Below, one piece after another: positions 20,934 to 31,717 of a stretch of DNA of 64,000 bases (within the stretch, counting starts at the first letter, position 1; each line of letters begins with the position of its first letter). The stretch lies in assembly GCA_032161105.1 (NCBI GenBank), contig JAVHTD010000003.1; one strand, given 5' to 3'. Source of the stretch: Candidatus Thermosaccharophagus tengchongensis (GTDB lineage: Bacteria; Armatimonadota; Fervidibacteria; Fervidibacterales; Thermosaccharophagaceae). Both the position numbers and the translations under genes were made by a program. The notes beneath the pieces were generated by a model. It had not been told where the DNA came from. It did no database searches and saw only the letters and a program-made list of their open reading frames with translations.

Positions 20934-23022
20934 GCCTTCTGGCTTTAGATTCAAACTCGGCAACGCTTGCCCTATCAAATCCAGCTGGAGAGTAAACGAG
21001 CCAAGAGAGATGCTCTAAAAGCTCCGAAGCGTTATGGAAGACAGCCCTCAACGACTCATCACAACGCTGTGCACGCAGCATGAGTGCTATCTGCAACGGC
21101 GTGTGGTGTGGCTCACAGCGCAAGCCGATGCGGGAAAGCTGGCGCACCAGCGCGGCATATGAGTTGTTCAGGCGCTGCCCAGGTGTGCGAGCACCCCAAA
21201 AGGCGGACTTAAGTTTTCCCCATTGATAGCGCAGCATTGGCGTGAATGAGACAATGGCAAGCAAACCAATGACGCACAGGAATAACCTTTGAACCATACG
21301 CCACCTTATTCGCAAGTGAATCTCACGCCACCAAGCGAGCATGTTCCACAACGGCGTGCGCCCCCTTGACGGTGGCGTCGGGTCAACTATGACCCATCCG
21401 TGCTTTGGGATGTAAATTTCAACCCACACATGTGCATCACGCTCGCGCAGAGTGAGCGTGCGGCTTTCGCCGTCATACTCATCGCTCATGAAGCCAGCAA
21501 CAATTCTGCTCGGTATGCCGACTGCCCTACACATGACTGCATGCGCGCTTGCGAAGAAGTCACACGCGCCCTCTTGCGATTCAAAAAGGAAGAAGTCAAC
21601 TGCATCGGAGTTTATGGGGACATGCGGTGGAGAGAGCGAATAGCGGCAATTCTCCCTCAGATATTCGGCGAGGCGCGCTGCCTTCTCGTAAATCGTCTCA
21701 GCGTCTGATGTAACCCGGCGCGCGAGCTCTACCACCCTTGTTGGGATGTCCGGAAGTTGCAAATACTTTAGGAGTTCATCACCGCTCAATTCCTCAGGGG
21801 ATGCCCTCGCATTCCGTATGGCATCCAGTGGCGGTTCATTGGCTGCCGCCACAATCCTATACACTCGCGGATAAAAGTTAACTTTGAACGCCCTCAGCGT
21901 GCCGCCATGCGAGAGGCGCAGGTCGGGCAAGCTCGCTTTCGTTTCCAGAAGGAGGGTTACTCCGGGTGTCATGAGAATCAATGAGCCCGCCCCAACTGGC
22001 ACCACTGTTGCGCTTATAATTTTGGGGTGGGGTGGCAAGCTCACATTGAACCTATAAGTTCCGTAGCTAACCTGCTCAGCCGTGATTTGTTCCTCATCCT
22101 CGCCATACTGCCAACCGTGCCCGGTGTATTCATCGTAGACTTGCACACGCCAATATGGGTAATAGTCGCCCCGTATCTCAAACATCTTCCTGTCCGACAA
22201 TCTTATCGGACCTCCCCAAAGGCTCATGTGGCGTGAGAACATTGTGAACTCAGGGGCAACCATGAGATACCTCTTTGGCACCGCCAGACGAACATTTGGC
22301 GGCGCAACGGGCATCCTCAGCAGGAGGAGCAACGGTGTCAACATCAAGCTTGTCAAAAGGATGGCTAAACTCCATTGCGCTCCTGAGTGGAAGTGAAAGC
22401 TCAAGAGAGAACGGTCGCTCAGCACCCTTTCGTCGCCCACTTTTGAGGCGCGCATCACCGTCGTCTCGTATGCCAAAAGGAAAGAGCCGAAGATGACGAT
22501 AGAGAGCGCCGCAATTGTCACCTCAATGTTGATGTTATGTGGCGCTGAGAGCGCAATCATTGAGAGCGATGGCAAAAGGACAAAAGATAGCGGCGCATAT
22601 TCATCATCGCCCCATCTGCCCGTGACTGTGAGAGTTATAACACACACCCATGTCATCAGAGCGAGCGGATGATAGTCACGGAGCTCAAAGACGATTGGCG
22701 GAAAGAAACGGTGCGGGTCTATGATAAACCCATACAGCGGTATGAGGATGACAAGGGTGAGCGACGCGGTCTGCCCAAACTGCTGCAGCCATTTTGAATC
22801 TCCGACCGAACGAATGTAGTTTGAGAGCAGACCAAGCATTGCGAACATAAAGACTGTGCTGCCAAATAGCGGTGCATCAATCGTCAGGGTTGATGCGAGT
22901 GATGCTGAAAGTGCCACCACAAGCGCGCATCCATATGCCGGCAGCGCTGCAAGGGCATTTCTCCACGGGACTTGCAACTCGCTTACTCGCATAGCCGATC
23001 CATCACCAACTCCGCTCAGCAT
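20860..23022 (-). CDS. TgpA-like membrane transglutaminase-domain protein
   Basis: N-terminal TMs; triad motifs GACDFFAS, AHVWVE, VDPTP. Confidence 0.85.
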   Translation of the reverse strand: MLSGVGDGSAMRVSELQVPWRNALAALPAYGCALVVALSASLASTLTIDAPLFGSTVFMFAMLGLLSNYIRSVGDSKWLQQFGQTASLTLVILIPLYGFIIDPHRFFPPIVFELRDYHPLALMTWVCVITLTVTGRWGDDEYAPLSFVLLPSLSMIALSAPHNINIEVTIAALSIVIFGSFLLAYETTVMRASKVGDERVLSDRSLLSFHFHSGAQWSLAILLTSLMLTPLLLLLRMPVAPPNVRLAVPKRYLMVAPEFTMFSRHMSLWGGPIRLSDRKMFEIRGDYYPYWRVQVYDEYTGHGWQYGEDEEQITAEQVSYGTYRFNVSLPPHPKIISATVVPVGAGSLILMTPGVTLLLETKASLPDLRLSHGGTLRAFKVNFYPRVYRIVAAANEPPLDAIRNARASPEELSGDELLKYLQLPDIPTRVVELARRVTSDAETIYEKAARLAEYLRENCRYSLSPPHVPINSDAVDFFLFESQEGACDFFASAHAVMCRAVGIPSRIVAGFMSDEYDGESRTLTLRERDAHVWVEIYIPKHGWVIVDPTPPSRGRTPLWNMLAWWREIHLRIRWRMVQRLFLCVIGLLAIVSFTPMLRYQWGKLKSAFWGARTPGQRLNNSYAALVRQLSRIGLRCEPHHTPLQIALMLRAQRCDESLRAVFHNASELLEHLSWLVYSPAGFDRASVAEFESKARRLIWRMRWHSLLASLRRLQRFLLAR

Positions 23023-23028
23023 GCAAGT

Positions 23029-24225
23029 TCACACCACCGGCAGGTGAAGGATTCTGCCTTCGCCATCGCGTATGCCGTGCACGATGCGCGCAAACCCGTT
23101 GTGGATAATGGCGCATGCGTCGCACTCAGCGATTATGCGTTCAATGTCCGGCGTGCGCGCTGTGGCAATCGCCACCAGACCAACTGAGCGCCCATAAGTC
23201 AGGCGATGCTTTTGGACAACCTCCACCAGTGGTGGCGCCGAGGATGGCTCAATTCGTGCGAGCTCGTAAAGCAACGCTTTGAGCTCGTGAACGCCATTTG
23301 CAGTCAATCCGGGTGATTGCACGAACGGCTCTGCCACGAGCGTAACTGTTGCGCCGGCTGAAAGGAGCTCATTAGCTATTGACGCCGCAATTGTGACGGT
23401 GTGCTCAATTGACGCATCAAGCCCGTCACCCCAATGCGAGCGCAAGCTGCAATCAACGAGCAAGACGGCATTGCCCTGCTTCTCCCTCTCAAGTTCCACG
23501 ATGTTCAACTTGCCCGTGTGAGCTGTAGCCTTCCAATGGATGCGCCTCCATGGGTCACCGGGACGATACTCACGGACGCCATAAAATTCCATCCCAAGCC
23601 TGCTAACATCGCCATCACCATCACTCATCTCCGTTAACACATGCCCGGCAACATGCCACACATCCGGCATGCTGATGATCTTGGGGAGGACGACGATTTC
23701 ACAATCGCACTGAAGACGCCTGACATCGCTGAACAATCCGAACGGGTCGCGCATGAGCACCATGATGTGGTCATATTTGTAAATGCCCCTTTTGAGCGCC
23801 TTCAGTCCGAAGCTGACCGACGCTGTGCCGTGCGCCGGTATAGCGAGCACAATCCTTTGGGAGCCGTTGAGAGCTTTGAGCCAGCGTTGCTTTGGAAGTA
23901 TCACCTCAATCAGGGAGCGCGCCAATCTGCTGCTGTTTGCAATCTCAACCGTCAACTCAAGTTCATCGCCACTTGACACCTCTCTTGGTCCGCGCACTGA
24001 CGCATACAATGAGTGGTGGCTAACCTTAACCCAGAGGAAGCTCAGGATGATGGTTGAAACTACGGCAGCGAAAAGGAACGCAAGGTGATAAATGCCGAAG
24101 ACGAAGCTGACAACCCAAAGCACGAATGCAGCCATGTAAAACGCAATTCGCCTCGTAAAGCTGCTGACAGGCGGAACTGTTTCGGCGAGCTCTTTGCCCA
24201 TGCTCATCACCGCATGCTGCTTCAT
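23029..24225 (-). CDS. DUF58 domain protein
   Basis: EFYGVREYRPGDPWRRIHWKATA; DPFGLF. Confidence 0.9.
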   Translation of the reverse strand: MKQHAVMSMGKELAETVPPVSSFTRRIAFYMAAFVLWVVSFVFGIYHLAFLFAAVVSTIILSFLWVKVSHHSLYASVRGPREVSSGDELELTVEIANSSRLARSLIEVILPKQRWLKALNGSQRIVLAIPAHGTASVSFGLKALKRGIYKYDHIMVLMRDPFGLFSDVRRLQCDCEIVVLPKIISMPDVWHVAGHVLTEMSDGDGDVSRLGMEFYGVREYRPGDPWRRIHWKATAHTGKLNIVELEREKQGNAVLLVDCSLRSHWGDGLDASIEHTVTIAASIANELLSAGATVTLVAEPFVQSPGLTANGVHELKALLYELARIEPSSAPPLVEVVQKHRLTYGRSVGLVAIATARTPDIERIIAECDACAIIHNGFARIVHGIRDGEGRILHLPVV

Positions 24226-24312
24226 TGCTACACTTCATTATTGCGCAGCCGGCTTGAATTCAACCAAAGAAAAGCCCGAGCTTGGCTGCCGCAAGCGAAG
24301 GGGTGTGATGAT

Positions 24313-26262
24313 ATGGAAAACGAGCATGGCGGTTATTTCATCATCGGCACCGCAGGGCATGTTGACCACGGCAAGACCGAACTCATAAAGGCTTTGACGG
24401 GCTTAGACACGGATAGGCTGCCTGAGGAAAAAATGCGCGGCATGTCCATTGACCTCGGGTTTGCGTATTTCAAACTCCCAGATGGAAGGGTTGTGGGCAT
24501 AGTTGATGTCCCCGGGCATGAACGCTTCGTCCATAACATGCTTGCTGGGGCTGCCGGGATGGATTTGGTTCTCATGGTGATCGCCGCCGATGAAGGTGTC
24601 ATGGCGCAGACGGTTGAGCACTTAAACATTTTGCAATTGCTCAATGTGCGTGAGGGCATCATCGTCATCACGAAGCGTGACTTGGTTGACGATGAATGGC
24701 TGCAGCTTGTCATTGAGGATGTGCGTGAGCGCTTTAAAGGGACATTCCTTGACGGCGCCCCAATCGTCGCAGTTTCATCCGTGACTGGCGAGGGTTTAAG
24801 TGAGCTCGTGCAGCTTATCCAGCGCAAGGCAATGGAGGTCAAACCGAGGAAGGAAGTGGAGCGCCCGTTCAGACTGCCGATTGATAGGGCGTTTATCAGG
24901 GCTGGCTTTGGCGTGATCGTCACTGGGACTGCATTCTCCGGCGAGGTGAGCGTTGGACAGGAGGTTGAGATATCGCCCATCGGCGTTCGCACGCGCATTC
25001 GCAGCATGCAAGTCCACAAACAAAGTGTTGAGAGGGCATTCGCCGGGCAGCGTGTGGCAATGAACTTGGCTGGAATTGAGAGGGAAAGCATTGAGCGCGG
25101 TTATGTCGTAACTGAGGTCGGCTACATGCCACCAACTAACAGGATAGCCGTCCATGTGCGCCTCCTGCCAAGCGCAAAGAAACCGCTCAGAGATGGAGCA
25201 CCAGTGCGCCTTCACATTGGCACTGGAGAGTGGGTCGCAAGGCTGCTATTGCTCTCGGGAAATGAGCTTGCACCTGGAGAGGATGCATTTGCCGAGTTGC
25301 GCGCCGATGAATATCTCGCCTGTGTGCGCTACGACCGCTTCGTCATACGCTCATACTCGCCGATTGAGACAATAGGTGGCGGCATCGTCATTGAGCCATA
25401 TCCGCCAAAGCTCCGCAGGCGATCGCAACGCTACATTGAAAGTTGCAAGCGAAAGTCAACAGGCGACTACGAAGCTGCAGCTGAGATGCTGCTTGAAGAG
25501 CACGCAAACGGCTTAAGTGTGAGAGAGCTCTCCGTGCTGCTCCACATGAAACTGCAGCACACAGCCGACTTGCTCAACATGCTGTGCAAGCGTGGCAGCG
25601 CAATCAGACTCGGTGACGACCTCTGCATCTCGGCAACCACTTACAAGGTTGCAAAGGATGAAGTGCTCTCACTTTTGCGCTCATATCATCAAGAGCACCC
25701 GCTGCACATGGGAATGAGGAAGAGCGTGCTGTTTGGGCAGGTTAGCAGCATTAGCAATGAAGCCACACTTGAGCTATTGCTGCTGCGTCTTCAAGAGGAA
25801 AACGAAATAGCGGTTGAGCGTGAGCTTGTGCGGCTGCGCTCGCATTCGCCCTCACTCAGTGGACGATACTTGGAGATAGCCAACAGCATGCTCAAAATTT
25901 GCTCCGAAGCCGGCTTTGCCCCGCCATCAACTGCGGAACTGATGCGACATTTTGCGGGCATGCAAAGGGAGGCATCCGAAGTGCTTCATGCGCTGCTTGA
26001 GAGCGAACAATTGTTGCTCGTTGATGAGTTTGTCTTCCACCCGCACACCATAGAGCGCGCAAAACAACTGATCAGCGAGCACATAGAGAAACACGGAAGG
26101 ATAACCGTCGCCGAATTCAGGGACATGGCTGGCATCACGAGGAAGTATGCAACGCCAATACTTGAGCACCTTGACCGAGTGGGCTTTACGCAGCGCCTCG
26201 GCGATTACCGAATATTGCGCTCCAAGGCTCACAAGGCACAACAGCAAACTGCCAAACCATGA
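24313..26262 (+). CDS. selB: Selenocysteine-specific translation elongation factor
   Basis: GTAGHVDHGKT, GMSIDLGFA, DVPGHERF; C-terminal winged helix ITRKYATPILEHLD. Confidence 0.96.
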   Translation: MENEHGGYFIIGTAGHVDHGKTELIKALTGLDTDRLPEEKMRGMSIDLGFAYFKLPDGRVVGIVDVPGHERFVHNMLAGAAGMDLVLMVIAADEGVMAQTVEHLNILQLLNVREGIIVITKRDLVDDEWLQLVIEDVRERFKGTFLDGAPIVAVSSVTGEGLSELVQLIQRKAMEVKPRKEVERPFRLPIDRAFIRAGFGVIVTGTAFSGEVSVGQEVEISPIGVRTRIRSMQVHKQSVERAFAGQRVAMNLAGIERESIERGYVVTEVGYMPPTNRIAVHVRLLPSAKKPLRDGAPVRLHIGTGEWVARLLLLSGNELAPGEDAFAELRADEYLACVRYDRFVIRSYSPIETIGGGIVIEPYPPKLRRRSQRYIESCKRKSTGDYEAAAEMLLEEHANGLSVRELSVLLHMKLQHTADLLNMLCKRGSAIRLGDDLCISATTYKVAKDEVLSLLRSYHQEHPLHMGMRKSVLFGQVSSISNEATLELLLLRLQEENEIAVERELVRLRSHSPSLSGRYLEIANSMLKICSEAGFAPPSTAELMRHFAGMQREASEVLHALLESEQLLLVDEFVFHPHTIERAKQLISEHIEKHGRITVAEFRDMAGITRKYATPILEHLDRVGFTQRLGDYRILRSKAHKAQQQTAKP

Positions 26263-26382
26263 TCTGACCGATCAGGTTGGGCGGGCGCTCAATTCACGGA
26301 AATTCAAACAGCCTCAAAGCCAACGCTGTAGCCTCACATTGCTCACACTCACAGCGCTGCATATGCCGCATGCATCTTGCAC

Positions 26383-27450
26383 CTACTCAAGCCTTGGCAC
26401 TTTACACTTGACTTCCCTTCCGAGCCTCGCCGATTCATAGATTGCGTCCATGATGACATTGGTCATCATGATTTCTTCTGGCGGTGTGGGAGATGGCTTG
26501 CCCTGCTTTATCGCATCAATGAATGCGCTTACTTGTGCCATCATGGTTGAAAACGGCTCTGGGCGAGGCAAGCTCGGGAATGATGTCGTCACCATTGTTC
26601 CATGCTCATCCCTGTAAAGTTCAAGCGGCTCAATGCGCAGCCCGCCTTTATCGCCGAGCAGGAATGTCCCGCCGAGTGAATCAAGATGCATAGCCCACGC
26701 CATCTTGAGGAGGCACACAGCGCCGTCCTCAAACCTGACAAAGGCTGCACCAAAATCCTCAACTTCAAAGTCGTCAACTTCCCAATGCCAACCGCCCTCA
26801 ACGAGCGCCTCCTTGCTTTTTCCGATGGCATCGGATGTTATCGCGCTCACTGAGAGCGGCTTTGGCTGCCCAAGCAAATGCAACAGGAGGTCAATCGTGT
26901 AGACGCCCAAGTCAAGCACCACTCCACCACCAGCCGTCTTCTTGCGTATAAAACCCGAGTTGCCCCAACCAGGTATGCGCCTTCTGCCGCCTATTGAACC
27001 CTCGGCATAGTAAACCTTGCCGAGCATGCCCTCATCAACGAGGCGCTTTGCAAACTGCACCACTGGTGAGAAGCGATTCCTTATGGCGACCTCAAGCAGC
27101 TTACCCGCCTTGCGAGCTGCCTTTATCATCTCGGCTGCATCTTTTGCGCTCGTCGCCATCGGCTTCTCGCAAAGAACATGCTTCCCAGCATTGAGCGCAT
27201 CTATCGCAATCGGCGCGTGAAGGGCATGCGGCGTGCAAATGCTTACAGCATCTATTTCGTCCATACGCAACAGCTCTTTGTAGTCCTTGAAGACATGCGG
27301 CACATCAAATTCAGAGGCACGCTGCCTCGCACGCTCAATGTTCACATCCGCGCATGCAACCACATTGACATCGGGCAATGACTTGTAAGCGCGAAGGTGC
27401 ATACCCGAAATCATCCCGCACCCTATGACACCCACCTTTACTTCGCTCAC
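26383..27450 (-). CDS. Gfo/Idh/MocA family oxidoreductase
   Basis: GVIGCG, GKHVLCEKP, GGGVVLDLGVY. Confidence 0.92.
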   Translation of the reverse strand: MSEVKVGVIGCGMISGMHLRAYKSLPDVNVVACADVNIERARQRASEFDVPHVFKDYKELLRMDEIDAVSICTPHALHAPIAIDALNAGKHVLCEKPMATSAKDAAEMIKAARKAGKLLEVAIRNRFSPVVQFAKRLVDEGMLGKVYYAEGSIGGRRRIPGWGNSGFIRKKTAGGGVVLDLGVYTIDLLLHLLGQPKPLSVSAITSDAIGKSKEALVEGGWHWEVDDFEVEDFGAAFVRFEDGAVCLLKMAWAMHLDSLGGTFLLGDKGGLRIEPLELYRDEHGTMVTTSFPSLPRPEPFSTMMAQVSAFIDAIKQGKPSPTPPEEIMMTNVIMDAIYESARLGREVKCKVPRLE

Positions 27451-27633
27451 GATCCCTCACCTCATTTCCCATTCGGGTTTGATTGCGTGCACCACGCCTT
27501 ATCAGTGATAGGTTACAGCCCATCCTGTGAAATGTTAAGGCAAAAGCCGCAAGCCACGAGCAAACACTTCCTCATAGAGCCAGTAACAGCGGGCAACTTA
27601 ACAGCCACCCATAAACCCGACTGCGCAAATCCA

Positions 27634-27668
27634 GCTACTATTGATGTCGTAGCAAATCGCGGTATGCT
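27634..27668 (+). promoter_or_regulatory. Putative BlaI-family operator overlapping a sigma70-like promoter
   Basis: Imperfect palindrome GCTACTAT-TGAT-GTCGTAGC (27634-27653) over TTGATG-16 nt-TATGCT. Confidence 0.55.
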
Positions 27669-27717
27669 GCAGGTAACGGAATCAGAATGACACGCCTCCA
27701 ACAAGAGGGTGGTGATC

Positions 27718-28089
27718 ATGTTCCCGCAACTTGAGGGGGATGTGCTGCACATCATTTGGAAACTTGGCAGCGCTTCGGTTGCGGATGTTTGTAAGGCGCT
27801 CCGCTCACTCGGCAAGCGCAGGGCATACACAACCATCATGACGACGATGGCTCGCCTATATCGTAAGGGCTTCCTCAGGCGCACGAAAGCCGGAAAGCGC
27901 TACATCTACGAACCAACCATTTCACATTCTGAGGCTGCAAGGCTGTTTGTCAGCGCATTCCTTGAGCGCATGTTCATGTGGTTTGGAGAGCCAGCATCAG
28001 CATACCTCATTGAAGCTCTGAATAAGCGTTCATCAAGGGCGGCGTTAAGTGGGCGCACGAGCAAAAGGGAAATGCGCCGAAACGGGTGA
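27718..28089 (+). CDS. BlaI/MecI/CopY family repressor
   Basis: LEGDVLHIIW, AYTTIMTTMARLYRKGFL, YIYEP. Confidence 0.9.
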   Translation: MFPQLEGDVLHIIWKLGSASVADVCKALRSLGKRRAYTTIMTTMARLYRKGFLRRTKAGKRYIYEPTISHSEAARLFVSAFLERMFMWFGEPASAYLIEALNKRSSRAALSGRTSKREMRRNG

Positions 28090-28095
28090 GCGTGC

Positions 28096-29139
28096 GTGGA
28101 GATCGTGCTTATCAGCGCATTCATCTTCTTGGTCGCGTCAAACATAGCCATGATGCTGACTTGCGCCACGCTGTGGGCGACTCAACGGCTGTGGGCTCGC
28201 ATAAAAAACGCCATGACGATGGGTTGGTTTGCCGCAGCCATCCTCCTGCCGCTGGCAGTCGGCATTGCGACTTCAGCATCTGCATCAATCTCGGCGGCAT
28301 GGTGCATATCTTGCAAGCACCCGCTGCATTACGATTGGCACTTGCAAAGATGCTTCCTGCCATACATGCACTGGTGCGCTCATTTGGGGTGCAGCAACAA
28401 ATTGATTGCCATTCGCATCGCGGCAGCGGTATCAAACACGATGAAACTCATGGGCAACATCCTCATCATCCTCTTCATCATTGGTCGCATTGCGTGGCAC
28501 GGGGTGTGGAAGAGAGCCATCAAGCCACCATCTGCAAAGCTCTTATCAGCAGCGAGCATGCTGCCTGAGTTCTCAAGCAGCAAAATGCGAATTGCCGAGT
28601 GCGATCTGGACTTCTGTCCCGCCGGTCTATTCGGATGGCTTTCCCCGACATGTGTCATATCAAGCGACATCGCAAAAGCGCTCACAGAGAGCGAACTTGC
28701 GGCAGTCATACAGCACGAGCTAATTCACAAGCGCCGTCATGACCATGTGCTTCGCATGCTGCTTCGCTTGCTTTCGTGCGTCTTCCTGTCGCTGCCTTGG
28801 TTTTCATGGCTGCGCAGGAGCCTGGAAGAAGCTGTTGAGGACGGTGCATGCACAGAGATGGCATTGCGGCAATGCGCACCCGATTTTGAAAGCGCCATGA
28901 GGAAGTGCATTGAGATGCTGCGCGAGCGCGGCGCTCCGGAAGATGCGCTAAAAGCGCTTACACATCGCCTTGAGAGCATGAGGCTAAGGGGCAAACAGCA
29001 ACGCCAGTTACAACCTCGCATGTGGCTTGCAGCATCACTTGCCTGTGCGACGCTCGTTGCGCTTGTGCTCCTGCTTGCGAAGCCAGTTTTCGGAACGGCT
29101 CACTGCTTCCTTGAGGTAGTGTTGTGCGGGGCAAATTAA
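28096..29139 (+). CDS. M56 family (BlaR1-like) membrane metallopeptidase without a penicillin-binding domain
   Basis: GWLSP, ELAAVIQHELIHKRRHD (HExxH); follows the BlaI gene. Confidence 0.85.
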   Translation: MEIVLISAFIFLVASNIAMMLTCATLWATQRLWARIKNAMTMGWFAAAILLPLAVGIATSASASISAAWCISCKHPLHYDWHLQRCFLPYMHWCAHLGCSNKLIAIRIAAAVSNTMKLMGNILIILFIIGRIAWHGVWKRAIKPPSAKLLSAASMLPEFSSSKMRIAECDLDFCPAGLFGWLSPTCVISSDIAKALTESELAAVIQHELIHKRRHDHVLRMLLRLLSCVFLSLPWFSWLRRSLEEAVEDGACTEMALRQCAPDFESAMRKCIEMLRERGAPEDALKALTHRLESMRLRGKQQRQLQPRMWLAASLACATLVALVLLLAKPVFGTAHCFLEVVLCGAN

Positions 29140-29150
29140 GGGTGCAAAGC

Positions 29151-30623
29151 GTGGTGATGACGATGGCAAGCGCTACAAGGAAAGTCATCATTGCCATTTC
29201 CATCGCGCTTGTGAACGCTCAATTGGCACAGGTTTGCGTAGCGCAAGCCGAAACTCAGGCTGTGAAAGCGGACGAGGTGGCAATGCTGAGGCAGCGAATT
29301 GAGGAGCTTGAAAAGCTCGTCAGCAAGCTGAAGCAAACGGTTGAGGAGCTTGAAGCCAAATGCAATGCGGGTGGCACGGGTGAGCTACTGCTGGCGCGAT
29401 TTAACCGCCGCCTCAATTCCGCCAACGGCAACACCGGGCTATTGATGCACACATCCATGAGTGGGCTGCTAAATAGCGGAATGCAAGGCCGGCAGGGCGC
29501 AGAGGAGCAACAGCCTCAACTTGAGGTTGCGCAACCGCCATCACAGCCATATGGTGCACTTGGTGGTGCAGGGCTTTGGCAGGCAATGAACCCCGATATA
29601 AGCGTCATCGGTGGCTTCACAATGAGGCTTGGCGGCAAAAACCCACTTAGAAGCTACAGGGGGGCAACGCTGCGCACGGTTGAGCTTTCCCTGCAGGCTT
29701 ACGCTGACCCATTTGGACGGCTTGATGCATTTGTTGAACACGGCGAAGAGGGGGCACACATCTGCCAAGCTGAATTGAGCCTCCTTGACCCGAGCGCATT
29801 TCGGTTGCCAAAGGGCATCCAGATTCGTGGCGGCATATTGCTCGCCAATGTCGGAAAGCTCAATGCCATACACGCACATGAGCAGCCAATGGCAGACCTG
29901 CCATTGCTGCACCAATTCTTCTACTCGCACCCGCACGAAGGAAACGAAAACGGTGGGAACGATGCCTTGAAATTGCTCAACCACATCGTTGAGCATGGCG
30001 GACATAACTTTCACGGAGCTGGCGCAAGAATAAGCTATCTCCTGCCAACGAAGAGCCCAAGGCAAGCACATGAAGTCTCAATTGAGGCGCTCAATGCGCA
30101 CAACCTCACATTTGACTGCGATAGCGGCAGACCATTGCTCCTCGGCAGGTGGCGTTCGTTCTTTGAAGTTACGCCCATAGAACACACGCTTGACTTCGGG
30201 CTCAATTACGGCTATGGACCAAATCCGTTTGGCGGCAATACGCACCTTTACTCCGTTGACCTAACTTACCGATGGCGCCCAATTGAGGCGGGTCTATACA
30301 GGTCGCTCAGTTGGTATAACGAGTTCGCAGTTGCAAGGCATTCTGGCTCAAACGGCTCAAGGAGCGCAACCGGCTTCTTCTCAATGATTGAGTATCAACT
30401 CTCACGGACGCTCTACATTGGCGCAAGATACGATTGGGCAAGCCTGCCGGATAGCAGCGCACATGGCTCTGGCATCTCGCTTGCGCTCACCTATTATCCA
30501 AGCGAGTTCTCACGCTACCGACTGCAGCTCAATAGGAGGAGATACTCATTGCTCGGCACATCTTGGGACTTAATCCTTGAAGCAACATTTTCCATCGGCA
30601 TACATAGACCGCATCCATTTTAG
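29151..30623 (+). CDS. Putative metal-uptake outer-membrane beta-barrel/receptor
   Basis: Signal peptide, coiled coil, NPDIS, NAIHAHE, His-rich loop, PSEFSRYRLQ, C-terminal GIHRPHPF. Confidence 0.7.
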   Translation: MVMTMASATRKVIIAISIALVNAQLAQVCVAQAETQAVKADEVAMLRQRIEELEKLVSKLKQTVEELEAKCNAGGTGELLLARFNRRLNSANGNTGLLMHTSMSGLLNSGMQGRQGAEEQQPQLEVAQPPSQPYGALGGAGLWQAMNPDISVIGGFTMRLGGKNPLRSYRGATLRTVELSLQAYADPFGRLDAFVEHGEEGAHICQAELSLLDPSAFRLPKGIQIRGGILLANVGKLNAIHAHEQPMADLPLLHQFFYSHPHEGNENGGNDALKLLNHIVEHGGHNFHGAGARISYLLPTKSPRQAHEVSIEALNAHNLTFDCDSGRPLLLGRWRSFFEVTPIEHTLDFGLNYGYGPNPFGGNTHLYSVDLTYRWRPIEAGLYRSLSWYNEFAVARHSGSNGSRSATGFFSMIEYQLSRTLYIGARYDWASLPDSSAHGSGISLALTYYPSEFSRYRLQLNRRRYSLLGTSWDLILEATFSIGIHRPHPF

Positions 30624-30727
30624 CCATGTGAATTTTGCAGCCCTTGAAATCGCCCGAGGGCGCATTTTCAGATGCGCCAAGCTCATCCGGCAGCTTATGG
30701 AACTGCATCTACTCGGAGGCGATGGAT

Positions 30728-31666
30728 ATGCGCTTTAGGATGAGGACACCCGTGAGGCTGTGTCTCATTTCTTCACTCACGATTGCCGCCATTCTTTTCG
30801 GCGCTGGACATGCTTGCGCAAAGAGATTGTTTGTCGTGACGACGACATCGGACTTGCGCTATTTTGCCGAGCGCATCGGCGGCGATAAGGTGACAGCCGT
30901 CAATTTGATGCACCCGCGCCAGAACCCACATACAGTCCAACCGCTGCCATCATTTGCCGTCCAAATGAGCCGCTGCGATTTGCTTGTCTGTGTCGGGCTT
31001 GATTTTGAGCTTTGGGTGGACCAACTCATTGACATGGCACGCAACCCGAAGATAAGGAGAGGCGCAACAGGGTATGTGGATGCCTCAATTGGCGTCCCGC
31101 TGCTTGAAGTGCCAACTGGCAGGGTCACAAGGGAGCAGGGCGAGATACACATCTTTGGAAACCCGCACTACTGGCTTGACCCAATCAATGCTAAGATAAT
31201 CGCCAACAACATAGCAGCCGGCTTGAAGCGCGTTTCGCCGAGTGACGCCGACTACTTTGAAGCCAACAGGAGAAAGCTCGCCGATGAGCTGGACGAGATA
31301 CTTGAGGAGACACTCAAGCTTGCAGCGCCACTCAGGGGTAAAAAGGTCGTCACATATCACCTCACATGGTCATACCTCGCAAACCGCTATGGCTTTCAAG
31401 TCATCGGGCAGCTTGAGCCAAAGCCGGGCATACCGCCATCGGCAAGGCACATAAGTGACTTGATTGCTGCTATGAAAGCTAACGGCGTTAAGGTCATACT
31501 TAAAGAGCCATTTTACGAGGACCGTTTTCCGAGGCTCGTCGCACAACAGACCGGCGCAACAGTCGTTGAAGTTTCGCCATCCATAGGCGGCGATAACGGC
31601 GTCAACACATATCGTGACTTGCTCATCAACATATTGAGCAAGCTTGTAAAGGCAATCACACAGTGA
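30728..31666 (+). CDS. znuA: Zn/Mn ABC transporter substrate-binding protein (ZnuA-like)
   Basis: NPH, GNPHYWLDP, YH..YLA, EPKPGIPPS. Confidence 0.88.
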   Translation: MRFRMRTPVRLCLISSLTIAAILFGAGHACAKRLFVVTTTSDLRYFAERIGGDKVTAVNLMHPRQNPHTVQPLPSFAVQMSRCDLLVCVGLDFELWVDQLIDMARNPKIRRGATGYVDASIGVPLLEVPTGRVTREQGEIHIFGNPHYWLDPINAKIIANNIAAGLKRVSPSDADYFEANRRKLADELDEILEETLKLAAPLRGKKVVTYHLTWSYLANRYGFQVIGQLEPKPGIPPSARHISDLIAAMKANGVKVILKEPFYEDRFPRLVAQQTGATVVEVSPSIGGDNGVNTYRDLLINILSKLVKAITQ

Positions 31667-31717
31667 GGAGAACGATGCCCATGCTGCCTCCATTTGCGGC
31701 ATGGGCTTTAAGCCAGC

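Noticed and set aside
24085..24312. 76-aa N-terminal extension of SelB in the ORF track
   Set aside because: Overlaps the opposite-strand DUF58 gene; SelB similarity and a plausible RBS begin at ATG 24313
27500..27510. TATCAGTGATA, matching the tetO core
   Set aside because: Only 11 bp, flanks do not match, and no TetR gene nearby
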